Assembly (NCBI RefSeq): GCF_018977255.1
Contig: NW_024704743.1
Location: 42,720,001-42,784,000 of the forward strand
Direction of reading: 5' to 3'
Source of the DNA: Callorhinchus milii
Taxonomy: Eukaryota
DNA length: 64,000 nucleotides
The notes under the pieces are model-generated. The model made no database searches, was not told the DNA's origin, and saw only the letters and a program-made list of their open reading frames with translations. Below are positions 1 through 11,223 of this stretch, piece after piece. A program made the translations under genes and the position numbers. Position 1 is the first letter of the stretch, and every line of letters starts with the position of its first letter.

Positions 1-139
1 ATTGTTTTTGGTTTTGGTGGGATTATTATTAGGTGTATGGAGTAAGGAAACTTGCCCAAGGTTTCGCCCTGCCTGGAATTGAACTCAGGTCTCTTGCTTG
101 CAAAGCGAGTGCTCTAACCACTGAGCTACAGGACTCCAC
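1..139 (-). mobile_element. tRNA-derived SINE, young subfamily, 5' part (continues beyond window start)
   Basis: Reverse complement begins GTGGAGTCCTGTAGCTCAGTGGTTAGAGCAC and contains GAGTTCAATTCC (A and B boxes). Near-identical to copies at 50136-50465, 56125-56449 and 60538-60860. Confidence 0.92.
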
Positions 140-607
140 AATGCTACATTAGTAAAAGAACATGAAACCAACCCTGACTGTACAGTAGTCCTGTACACAT
201 CAATACGTACCAGATGACAACCATTAGTTAGTAACCACGAGGGGTGCTGAGCAATGCTTTATATAGGTGTGTGGCTCTGCCCATCGTACGATGCAAATGC
301 GAGAGTGTTTTCCAACGCTCGCGCCCACATGTTATTATACTCTGCAAGCTGCTTGTTTGTGTTTGTTAGCTGACTGTCAATCAAGCATCTATTGGATCTA
401 TCACTTTGCTGTAAACTCGTGCAACCTGCTTGCTAACTCTGTGCTGCAAGCAGCTTCTGCAACTTGGAATCTAAAGTTATATATACATATTATTTACACA
501 TTATAAAAGACTGTAAGAAATGGTCGTCATCTGGTACGTATTGATGTATACAGGACTACTGTTCAGTCAGGGTTGGTTTCATGTTCTTTTACTAATGTAG
601 CATTGTG
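137..607. repeat. 89-bp inverted repeat (137-225 / 519-607) with 293-bp spacer; MITE-like element or inverted duplication
   Basis: CACAATGCTACATTAG...GACAACCATT is the reverse complement of AATGGTCGTC...GTAGCATTGTG with 3 mismatches in 89 bp. Confidence 0.9.
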
Positions 608-1545
608 CTGCCAGTTGTTATAGTTATGTGTGAATATTATATTTTATCCCATTATTGTTTACACCATGACATTGTGTAGTTTACTTTTTTTATTTCATCA
701 CTATATTGTTCAACAAATGAAAAATAGCTTCCTGTACAGTAATGCTAGGGTGTCCTTTGCCCTTTCTCAAGACTTTCTTTTTAAGCAGTCTTTTTGACAC
801 AACGTTCAGCAGATTTAAAATGTTCTCATTGGTTTGCACATGCTATTGCATCAAAACGCATTACTGTGGAAGTACTTCATTCCCCCACTCTGATGATTGT
901 GAATAGGAACGTAATCATAATAACAATAATAATCCTTGCATTTGATATAGCCTTATCCCGTTGAGATGTTTCAAAATGTTTCACAAAATATAATGTAAAG
1001 TGAATTGACTGTATATTTTGTCTGTACATAGAAGACTGAAAAAGAATACTGTGGTTTGTCTGGTAGGTCCCAATTTCAAACCATTTCTCTTCTGATACAA
1101 ACTCATGAGAAGGATTGGGATATCTTGAATTAGGTCATGGGGAGGACTATTCCTGTAATTTCTTCACCGGATAGTGCCCTAAAAATAATTTTAAAAGTAA
1201 GCATTTGTTAAAATATGTATAGCTGCTAGGTCTTAAAATCTAGGTTTCTTGTTATATTAAAATCTAGTGTGTCTCTAGTTCAATCCTGAAAATAATACAA
1301 AGAGAAGTCATTTCTTCAGAACTTAAGGGCTGTTCAGATCCAAACCTATCTCAGAGAACCAAAATGACCACTTTTTTTGTCCTTGTGATTAGTATCACTC
1401 GTGAGAATTATTACATTGAATACTATATTTTCCCCAATAGGTCCCAAAACAGATCCCAGTTTACCAAGATATTGAAACTAATTAGGGTCTTTTGCCACAA
1501 TTGTGCATAATAACATCAGTTTATGCCTTTTTTCCTGTTACTCAG

Positions 1546-1635
1546 CCAGAACACACCAATGTGTGCTTCTGGTACATTCCACCGAGCCTCCGAGGAATGC
1601 CAGAAAATACAGAAAGGAACAAGAAACTTCATCAG
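1546..1635 (+). CDS. gad3: Glutamate decarboxylase (GAD family, probably gad3 / GAD1-like), penultimate coding exon
   Basis: Polypyrimidine tract plus CAG acceptor (1543-1545) and CAG|GTAC donor. The 90-bp phase 0-0 exon encodes [30 protein letters not shown], matching the penultimate GAD exon. Family is certain; paralogue is inferred. Confidence 0.93.
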
Positions 1636-2225
1636 GTACCATTGTTCATTATATATGTATTATATATATATATTACATATATATAGTAAAGAGCTCTGAG
1701 ACGTCGTCAGCGTGGAGGGCGCTATATAAATCCAAGTTGTTGTTGTAGTCTCCAGCTAATGATTTCTGGCCTTGAGTATTCAATGGTTTGTAATATCCTG
1801 TGAGACAGATAGGAACCGCTAGGAACTATATGCCTTCCCATGGCAACACCTTTGATCTGAAGGAAGTGTTTGGAGTTGAAATATATTAGGTGACAAGTTC
1901 AGCCACATGGTGCTGGTGAATGAAGATTGTTTACATTGTTAATCAAGGAAGAATCGATGGGCATGGTGACCATCTTGGTAAGGAACAGAGTGAGGAGGAA
2001 CTGCACCTCCATGCTGATGAGAAACCTGTTGGCGAAATCTTCCTCTGACCCCCATGACTGCATGGATTATTCACAACAACAACAATTTATTTAGAATGGG
2101 AGGCATGGAGACATTTGAAAGTTAAAGCAAGAACCTTAAATTCAATCATTTTAAGTCAGTTCTCCATCTCCATAATTCTGCTGGTGTTAACTTCATATTT
2201 AACTTGTCCTTTTGTCATTCTTCAG

Positions 2226-2399
2226 ATTGCTCCAAAGATTAAAGCACAGATGATGGACACAGGGCTGACGATGGTTGGTTACCAACCTCAAGGAGATCGG
2301 GTGAATTTCTTCCGAATGGTCATTTCTAATCCAGCTACAAACAAGTCTGATGTCGACTTCCTTATTGACGAAATCGTAAGACTTGGAGAGGATTTATAA
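2226..2399 (+). CDS. gad3: Glutamate decarboxylase (GAD family, probably gad3 / GAD1-like), last coding exon with stop
   Basis: Acceptor TTTGTCATTCTTCAG|, then [57 protein letters not shown], the canonical GAD C-terminus, in frame with 1546-1635. Confidence 0.95.
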   Translation: MAPKIKAQMMDTGLTMVGYQPQGDRVNFFRMVISNPATNKSDVDFLIDEIVRLGEDL

Positions 2400-2651
2400 G
2401 TTTTATGAATGCAGAAAAATACAGTTCATTTGTTTATTAACAAACCAGTTAACAAACTTAGGGTGATTATCTTTTGTCTTTATTACATACACTTTCATTC
2501 TAATCAATTCTATTTTGGGTCATTTGTTTCATGTGAAATGGGTTATGTAAATAATTCAATAATTATGGTGAGGATGTATCGATGTATGCAGAATAGAATA
2601 TTCTACTTCATTTGCAAAAACAGTAGGAGTGGTATAACCTTTTTGGTTTCC

Positions 2652-2662
2652 AATAAAATAAA
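2652..2662 (+). terminator. Candidate polyadenylation signal of the GAD gene (overlapping AATAAA x2; alternatives at 2942-2947 and 3175-3180)
   Basis: AATAAAATAAA about 250 bp after the stop codon; which site is used cannot be determined from sequence. Confidence 0.4.
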
Positions 2663-2787
2663 TGCATAAATTAAGGCCATCAATTTCTTGATGGCATAAA
2701 TCAAGATATATTCAATCAAGAAACAATTATTTTGTTGGCCGACCGAAAAGGACAGTGTTGAGAAGAAGCAGTCAGCTCTTGTGACCA

Positions 2788-2900
2788 TAAAACAAGGAAA
2801 GAATGATTCTTTGATCTACATGCAGATTCCAACTTTCCATCTCGAGTTTGGAAAGTTGGATGCTGCATGTAGATCAAAGAGCTATTCTTTACTTGTTTTA
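2788..2900. repeat. Palindrome with ~52-bp arms and 9-nt loop
   Basis: TAAAACAAGGAAAGAATGATTCTTTGATCTACATGCAGATTCCAACTTTCCA-tctcgagtt-TGGAAAGTTGGATGCTGCATGTAGATCAAAGAGCTATTCTTTACTTGTTTTA; about 6 mismatches. Confidence 0.88.
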
Positions 2901-3243
2901 AAAAAACATATATGAGGAATTGCTTGAACTGCTTGAACAGAAATAAATGACAGGATTTTATGCACTTTCTATTTTATTTTTCAATTTATATTTTTTGATT
3001 CTTTCATTTTGCCAATATCAACTTCAAGTAAATGTTAATCTAATCTAAGGTGTGCAAAGGTTATAGCAATCAGCTTTAAGGCTTGGTTTATAAAATCTGC
3101 TTCATGGGAAATTATTATTGATACAAAAGAGAATTGCACTGGTGCCTAGCTTTGAAGAATTCTGTATCTGAACTAATAAACGTTAAGAAAAGCTAAAAAG
3201 GTTCATTCCTGGTGAATAATGCGTAACTTTGAATTAATAATTA

Positions 3244-3612
3244 TTTGTATTTCATGTCAGGATCTCAAAGCACCTCAGAGCACTTTACAGGATTTTACTG
3301 TAAATTTCATTTACTGAGTATTTTGTGGCAAACACAGCAGCTAATTTGCAAGCAACAATGTCCCACAAACATCAATTATCAATTGTATCTATGGGATTGT
3401 TGGCCAAGACACCAAGAGAAACTCCCTTCACTGTTTGAATAGTGCCATGGGATCTTGAACATCCACCTGAACCGGCAGATAGAACATCAATTTAATATTT
3501 AATCCGAAGGATGGCACCTCCAAAAATGCAGCAGGCCCGGCATTGCTTTGGAATATCACTATAGCCATTTGACTCAGAAGCAAGAGTACTATTTAACTGA
3601 GCCAGGCTGAGA
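3244..3612 (-). mobile_element. Old SINE with Deu-type central domain
   Basis: AATAGTGCCATGGGATCTTGAACATCCACCTGAA is the reverse complement of the Deu-domain-like core repeated many times in the window. Confidence 0.75.
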
Positions 3613-3929
3613 CTTGTTTCATGAATCTAGCTTAGCAGTTTAATGTGCTTACTTTTTTCTGCTTCAAATCCGAATTTCAGAATAGAAAAAAATCAGTTAG
3701 CACCAACACTAACAAGTCCCTTTCCCAAAAAGACTAATATTTAACATTTAATATTTGGAACGTTATTTTCATCTTACCAGTAAATCCCCCATGCACTGTG
3801 GTAGGTACAAGGAACTCCCTGGTGGGCAACATAGATTAGCATGAAATGCATGAGAGCATTGCCACCATCTTCCTTCCCACAGCTCGGACACACATCCTTT
3901 CCCATTGAGAGATGATTCCACCAGTTGGA

Positions 3930-4068
3930 GGTGCGGAGTGGGAGAAGGCCCGACCGACAATAGTGGGGCAAGCGAGGCAGGGGACGTGAAGCAGGTCGGA
4001 GCACACTGAGCGGAGGGAGCGAGCAGGATGGTAGAGGGTTAGGAGGTCGCAGAGGTAGGGGAGAGCAA
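3930..4068 (-). mobile_element. L2 LINE 3' ORF2 fragment
   Basis: Minus strand reads LPYLCDLLTLYHPARSLRS...PTIVGRAFSHSAP, matching the end of the L2 at 8330-10368. Confidence 0.85.
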
Positions 4069-4489
4069 TACATAGTATAATAATGTAAAATTTCACAATG
4101 CTCAGAGTCTGACAAACTGTTGCATTCAAGCCTTAATTTTGATGCAGATATTCTGCAAGTTCTATTAAGAACTATTAAAAAACTTCAAAGTTAAGATTGA
4201 AATCAATAATTTGCCAAATTCTGGACTCTCCGAAATACTACGCTAATAGGTAAATCTAGACCCAAGAGGAATTTAACCCCAATTAACGTTGTAAAACTAA
4301 GGTTACAAATTAGAATCTACCTGTTCAGGAATAGAGGTTTTAGCAATCTAAGTAAAACCGAAAACACCACTTTAAGAACCGGTCTGAAAAGAGAAACAAT
4401 TCATTCAGACATTTTATGAGGGTCAGCCGGCTGTTTGACACATCAGAAATCCATGCTTAAGGGTATCCAAACCAAACAGAGATTTCCAT

Positions 4490-4740
4490 GCATCCCACCT
4501 ACACATGGAAATTCCTGGTTATTGGAATGGAATGTGCACTCTCAGTCCGGAGGGATGCACCCTACTTACTCAATTCCGGGGAGTAGCAGGCGCAAGTTGG
4601 CAAGAGCCAATGCTTGGGGACCTCAGAGTATGTGTTGGGGTACTGCTGGAATCTATCCAGCTAAAACCGCATAACTTGCCATTGATATTGCTTGCCATTG
4701 GGGGCAATGATATCCAGACATTGAGGGACTTTTTATAAGG
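4490..4740 (+). pseudogene. Decayed SGNH/GDSL hydrolase-like fragment, probably from a retrotransposon accessory ORF
   Basis: HGNSWL in one frame, then FRGVAGASWQE and LILLAIGGNDI in another, resembling SGNH blocks I, II and III in the correct order. Confidence 0.45.
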
Positions 4741-5239
4741 GACAGGTTGGCAAGTATACAAAACAAGTGGACACATTTCTGCCCTTATCAAAAGCAACAA
4801 TGATCCCAAGAATAGATCATACACTTTGATATGCAGTTGAATCATTTTAGGAAAAATTATTTGGGATTTGTGTCTACAGTTAATTTGTTTTAGGAGAATT
4901 TATAATTTGTTTTTGCAGAACCCCAAAATATAAAAAAGGTCTCAAATAACAGGAAAGAATACTGTAAACCATTCCTAAATATACACAGCAGGACTGATAA
5001 GATTTACCAGTTCACCCATACCTTACCTTGGCTGAAAAGCAGCAAGGAACTGGTCCTCAAAAATCAGACCAATTATATGCTATTAAACAAAATTAATTTG
5101 TAAAACAGGGATGGAATATTTTGTCAAGACAACCAAAGGTGTGATACTGAAAACAAAAGCAGAAGTGGCTGGGAACACTCAGCAGGTCAAAGGTGTGATC
5201 CTAATGAGTAAAACAACAAATCCCAATTCCTAGAATTAT

Positions 5240-5485
5240 AAATTTACATTTATATAGCATCTTGCAGGTCAGGAGGACGTCCCAAGGTGTTCAACAATAC
5301 TGACTTGGCACCAGAGCTGGTGCTGGGAGCCAAAGAGTATGGGGAGGGGAAAGATGACTGAAAGTGTGGTCATAGAGGTGGGACATGAGATGCACCTTGA
5401 ATGAGGTGAGGGAGGAAACGAGTCGGAGGGAGGCTGGAGTGCCAGACAGTGGGGGAAGAAAGGTTGAAAGCCCCAATGATGGATA
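5240..5485 (-). mobile_element. L2 LINE 3' end
   Basis: Reverse-complement L2 tail (ATTTATATAGCATC...GGAGGACGTCCCAAGG) plus LTSFKVHLMSHLYD-type C-terminal coding remnant. Confidence 0.75.
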
Positions 5486-7565
5486 GAAAATTGTTAGAAA
5501 GAAGAGTGTAATCTAGGAACTAAGCAACGTAGCTTCCAATGTAAACTAGACAATAAATGGCATGATAACAAAGCATGACCTTTTAATATGATGGCAAATT
5601 TAATGATGTGTTGAAGTGATCAAATGATTCTGGTAGTGCAGAGCATTTAACCTATCTGCTGGTTCAATATGTTTACTCAAATAGTTTTTAAAACAGTCAA
5701 ACCACATTTCTTCAGTGTGCTATCACATAGATCAATCTTAATCACTCACAAACTCGGAACATTTCAGGTTTTTCTACTGTTTTTTGCTGTCAGTGTGAGG
5801 AGGAGAGATTGAGGCTCGCTGAAAGACACACAATGGCGATTGCACACTGATAAATTCTGTCCCTTATAAATAGCAAAAAGAATCATTAAACCTGGTGCAG
5901 GAGTGGAGAATCCTTCACAGAGTTCAGTTTTACTGCTTGGATGTTCACATGTTTCTGCTACAGCAGAATTCTCAATAAAATACAGTAATTATATCAAAGT
6001 ATCTGGTTGCCTATAATTAACAGCGACAACTTGCATTTATAATAGCACCCTTCATGCGGGTAGTGTCTCGGAGCACTTAACAGCAATGTAGTTTGAAATA
6101 CTTACAAGTCCCCCTTCAAATCCTACCTCTTTGAATGTGCCTATGGCCACCTCAACTTTCTTCCTCGTTCAGCATCCAAACCTGTCCATGTAAAGCACTC
6201 TGAGATATTACCCCACATGAAGGACACAATATAAATGCAAGTTGTTGTGTTCAATTGATAAGGGTCTTCCTGAAATTCCTTCTAAAAGTGATACCACCAT
6301 ATATGATGTAGTACTTGCATGCAAAGAAACATGGAAGGGCGGAGGGAATGGAGAGTCACTCGCTCACATTAGGAGAACTGAAACGGTGAGCCTCCTTGAG
6401 AGGATAAGTTTTACCTTGAATCAAATACCAGTGAGGGTAGCAGATATCATCTTCCTTTAGTTAAAGTACTTGTCTGAACCGCTTTCAATGAATATTGTCC
6501 ACTAGCTCTTTCCTCCCGTCTTAGCAGCAATGGGACAAGAGGAGGCGTATCCTCTAGTTTTTTACTGACCTTTTTGTTGAGATACCTCAGGTAATTGAAA
6601 AGCTGATTTACTGTTGTTTTATGTAGATTGTACAAACTACTTGCAAATACTTTGCCACATGCTCTCAGTCTTTGAAGTTTGATTCATATTTTGAGCTTCC
6701 CTCAATTGGACATGAAAAACTATGGGAACAAATGAGTGGCAGCTACAGCTCTGTTAAAATGCCTTTTTATGAAATATATTCCTGTTACAGTCATGCTCAA
6801 CTGACTGGAAAAACTTTAATTAAAGTCGCAAATCATCCAGAGATCCCAGGCTGTCCTTTGAAACGAGAGGGAGATTTCATCACTTAAAATTCATTCCATC
6901 ATGTAGCGAATGGGTTAGTGATGTGTGATGCAGGGTGATTCAGGCTAATGGGATAAACCATGGCAAATAACATGCACATCTGGAGTAAATAATTAGTTTT
7001 GAGACATTTGAAATAGTACACTCATTTGTAATTTATTGTTTTCATTTAGAAGTAGATGTACACATGAGGGAGAAGGGAATAGAAGGATATGTGAGAGAGT
7101 AAGAAGCAGGTCAAAGATTCATGTGGAGTATGGACTGGTTAGGCTGAATGGTCAATATTTGCAATTTACGTAATTTTTTGTTGTTTTTTATTGTTTCTGA
7201 AAAAAAAAGTATAAAAACATGTATTTACTTGAATGGAAATCTTTTATGGGAAATCTGAAAATGTTCTGAAAAGCAGTGAGCTTTCTTTGGGACTCCTCAT
7301 GTTACTAATGCCACCCCCCCCCCCCCCCCACCCCCACACCCCCAACAGTTCATAGATGTAGAAAATAAAACGGGAAACTGAAATCAACTTGAAAAACCCA
7401 GTGAATGGTCTAAGCCTTTACTTTGTCCTCTGAGTTGTTTTTTGGAAATATCGTAATCTTGCTTATAACAAAGGGCAACAAAATGAAAATATTCACCCAC
7501 TTTATAGGCTCAATTGTAGTTGAACAGTAATGTGTGTGCTTGAGTGAATCACTGGACCTCAACTC

Positions 7566-7583
7566 AACACCCTCTAGTGGCAA
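7566..7583 (-). promoter_or_regulatory. CTCF-like motif (reverse orientation)
   Basis: Reverse complement TTGCCACTAGAGGGTGTT resembles the CCACYAGRKGGCR consensus; lies in unique DNA. Confidence 0.4.
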
Positions 7584-8329
7584 TCACCATAATATAGAAA
7601 ACACTGTTAATCACAATGTAAAATAAGTATACAGTACTGCACTGCAATTTAATTCCAGGCAGTAATTTCAATGGCAATTTACTATCACGCAGAAAATGGG
7701 AGTCTGGGCATTATGGTTCTTTGATCAATATTTACGCTGATTTGCTTGGATTCAACAGGAAAGTCAATCATTTTACGCCATTCAAATGAAAACATCAATT
7801 AGCATAGTTATTGTGGGAATTGAACCAATTAGCATTAGCAACCTTACAAATACCATTTAAATGATGAAGAGAGATGCAGACAGATGAGCTTATTTTAATT
7901 GGAGAAAAGTAGATGGAGATGTGATACAGGTCTTTAAAATGCTGAGAGGGATTTAAATAGAGCAGATGCAAGCAGGTTATTTAGCGAGTCTGTGACTCTA
8001 ATGCTGGAGGATGTAAATCTCCAGTGAGTTTAGTGATTAAGACATTTTTTTACACACCAGGGCAGTGTATTATCTGGAGCTGATTCTTAATTTAAACAGA
8101 TACTAGAAATTCACAGCAGGTCAACTAACACTTCACTTGGGAGGAGCCTTTATCAGAATATTGTTCTGGAAATGTCTCCGATAGGATAGAAGAAAAAGAA
8201 ATTAGAATATCCCTGGAAATCTATCTTTCCAATGTTACAACATCCAGCCGGCATGGTTAAGTGCTTTGAGATGTCCTCCCAATGTGAAAGGCAGTATATA
8301 TAAATATAAATGGTATTGTATTTATATAC

Positions 8330-10368
8330 GCACCTGGGTCAAATCTGGCTGGACCTCCTCAAAATCTACCGCTTCCCTCTAGCCTCGGCCAAGTCGTCCT
8401 TCTACTCCAGGATAATCCTGGAGGCAAAGAACAACCCCAGGCTACTGTTTTCTACCACATCCCAACTCCTCCGTCCCCCCCGCCACCCCGCGCAGGTCAT
8501 CTCCTCCAACCTTCACTGCGAGGAGATGCTGGATTTCCTTGAATCCAAAATCAAGGGAATTTTGCTCCGCGGTCACTTCCCCTCCAACTTCCACCCAACC
8601 CCCACCCCCTCCCTCCCACACTCCAACTCCTACCCATCCTCCCCTACACACTTTCGTACCCGTTTCCCCACCCTCCGTCACCAAACTCATCTTATCCCTG
8701 AAACCCACCACCTGCTCCCTTGACCCCATCCCCACTCCACTCCTTATCTCCCAGCTCCACCTCCTTGCCCCACATATCACAGACATTGTCAACCTGTCCC
8801 TCTCCTCTGGCTCTGTTACCATTCCCTTAAAAACTGCCATCATCACGCCCACCTTGAAAAAACCCTCCCTTGATGCGTCGCAGCTATCAAGCTACCGGCC
8901 CATCTCCAACCTCCCCTTCCTGTCCAAGGTCCTGGAAAGAGTTGTCGCCTCCCAGCTGCGCTCTTTCTTCTCCACCCATTCATTATTCGAACCCCTTCAG
9001 TCAGGTTTCCGTGCTGCCCATAGCACAGAAACTGCCCTGGTCAAGGTCACCAATGACATCCTGACCATCTGTGACCAGGGCTCCCTCTGCCTCCTCGTCC
9101 TCCTCGACCTATCGGCAGCATTCGATACGGTCGACTACGCTATCCTCCTCCACCACGTCCTCCCACCTCAACCTTCAAGGCCCTGTCCTTGAGTGGTTTA
9201 GGTCGTACCTCTCCCACCGTCTTCACTTTGTCTCCACGAATGGTTTTTCCTCCGGCCCCCGCACTGTCTCGTGCGGTTTCCCTCAAGGCTCTGTCCTCGG
9301 TCCCCTCCTCTTCACCCTCTATATGCTCCCCCTTGGTGACACTATCCGCAGACATGGGGTTAACTTCCACATGTATGTGGATGACACCCAACTCTACCTT
9401 TCCTCCTCTACCCTCAACTCCACGACCACCGATGTCCTGACAGCCTGCCTGTCCGACATCGAGTCCTGGACGAGAGACAACTTTCTTCAGCTCAACGTGC
9501 GAAAAACCGAGGCCCTCCTGATTGGCTCACGTCAGCGCCTCCGCACCTCAGGCGCTGACAGCATCAGCATCCAAGGCTGCACTCTCCACCTCTCAAAGCC
9601 GGTCAGGAACCTCGGGGTTCTGTTCGACCCTGAGCTGTCCTTTCTCCCTCATATCCGCACCACAACTGGCACCGCCTTCCATCACCTCCGGAACGTCGCC
9701 AGACTACGGCACTACCTCACCCCTCACGCTGCTGAAACTCTGGTCCACGCCTTTATCACCTCAAGGCTGGACTATGGGAACTCTCTCCTCGTTGGCCTTC
9801 CCAGCATCTCCCTCCACAAGCTGCAGGTCATTCAGAACTCTGCAGCTCGTGTACTGTCCCGCACCTAACTTCACGACCACATCACTCCCACCCTCGCTCG
9901 CCTCCACTGGCTCCCCATCCCCCAGAGGATCGAATTCAAGATCCTCATCCTCACCTTCAAGGCCATTCATGGACTTGCTCCCTCCGACCTCTCCGACCTA
10001 CTATCCCCCTACCTACCTGCCCGTACCCTCCGTTCCTCTGGCTCCGGTCTGCTCCACATCCCCCGCCCCAACCGCCCTACCATCGGTGGCCGGGCCTTCA
10101 GCCTCTCAGCCCCGAGGCTCTGGAACTCCATCCCCCAGTGCCTTCGCCGCCTCCTCCCTTTCCTCCTTCAAGGCCGGTCTCAAGACCTTTCTCTTTGACC
10201 GTGCCTTCAGCTCCCCTCTCGACTCTCTACCCCCTCCTCGCTCCCTCCCTTCCCTCCCCTTACCCTGACCATTTCCCCCCTGCTCGGGTCCTGACCCAAC
10301 TGTACAGCACCTTGGGACGTCCTCCCGACGTGAAAGGCGCTCTATAAATGGAATTTTGTTGTTGCTGT
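8330..10368 (+). mobile_element. L2-clade LINE, 5'-truncated, RT domain and 3' tail; fairly young but disabled
   Basis: [55 protein letters not shown] and YVDD motifs. Frameshifts near 8560 and 9160, stop at 9866-9868. Ends in a stem-loop plus (TTG)n tail. Confidence 0.96.
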
Positions 10369-10849
10369 GTATTCACATATCCTTCTTGTAGTATAACGAC
10401 CAGAACTGCACACAGTTCTGCACACAGTTCTGTTACACAAAAGATTTACAACATTTACAAACAATCTGAAGCAGTATCCATTTGGAGAGATGGATACCCC
10501 TTCAGCCTTTCGGCCATTCTGTCCCCGCTCTCTGTATATCCATCCCGGAGTTCCTCCAACTTGCTTGCTAGCTCATACCTTCCATTCCAACACGTCCTCC
10601 CGACGTGAAAGGCTCTCTATAAATGGAATCTTATTGTTGTTGTTGTTGTACTCTCTCCCTCCCTCCTCTTGTCACAAGTACTTCTCAAAACATACATACA
10701 GAAAGAAATGGATTTGATCTGGTTATTAATCATTTACTGAAGATTTCCAGATATTTGGGATCCAAATTATAGTATTTCTAAACAGATTTCTTCATAACTC
10801 GGCGAAAATTACTGACATTTTAAAATACAACACAGTACAATTCCATGTA

Positions 10850-11140
10850 TACAATTTATACTTATGTAGCACCTTACAAGTTAAGAGGACATCTCAATTC
10901 CCTTCAAGGTGTTGGGTGGGTGCCCGAACTGGAGATGAAAGCTGAGAAGGGGAGTGAGAGGCAAAATAGTCAAAAGCACGGTCAAAGAAGTATGTTTTGA
11001 GAAGTACTTGTAACAAGAGGAGGGAGGGAGAGAGTAATGGAAAGTATGAGCTAGCAAGCAAGTTGGAGGGCCTCCGGGATGGAGATACAGAGAGTGGGGA
11101 CAAAATGGCCGAAAGGCTGAAAGCCAACCTTCCAATGGTG
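10850..11140 (-). mobile_element. Old L2-like 3' end; part of it is duplicated in inverted orientation at 10499-10696
   Basis: Minus strand LLKTYFFDRAFD and a degenerate tail; 10990-11123 matches the reverse complement of 10499-10696 apart from an insertion. Confidence 0.7.
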
Positions 11141-11223
11141 GCGTGAATAAGAGATGGGAGTCAAGAAGCAGGCCTGAGTGAAGAAAATGGCTGAGTTGGT
11201 ATAGTTGAAGGAGTTTGCAGAGG

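Noticed and set aside
1990..2046. Hammerhead-ribozyme-like words (CTGATGAG...CGAAA) in the last GAD intron
   Set aside because: Stem II has only one pair, stem I is poor, and the cleavage triplet would be AAC rather than NUH; likely chance.
9522..10268. 248-aa Ser/Pro-rich ORF and similar overlapping ORFs
   Set aside because: Alternative frames of C-rich L2 sequence that is poor in stop codons.
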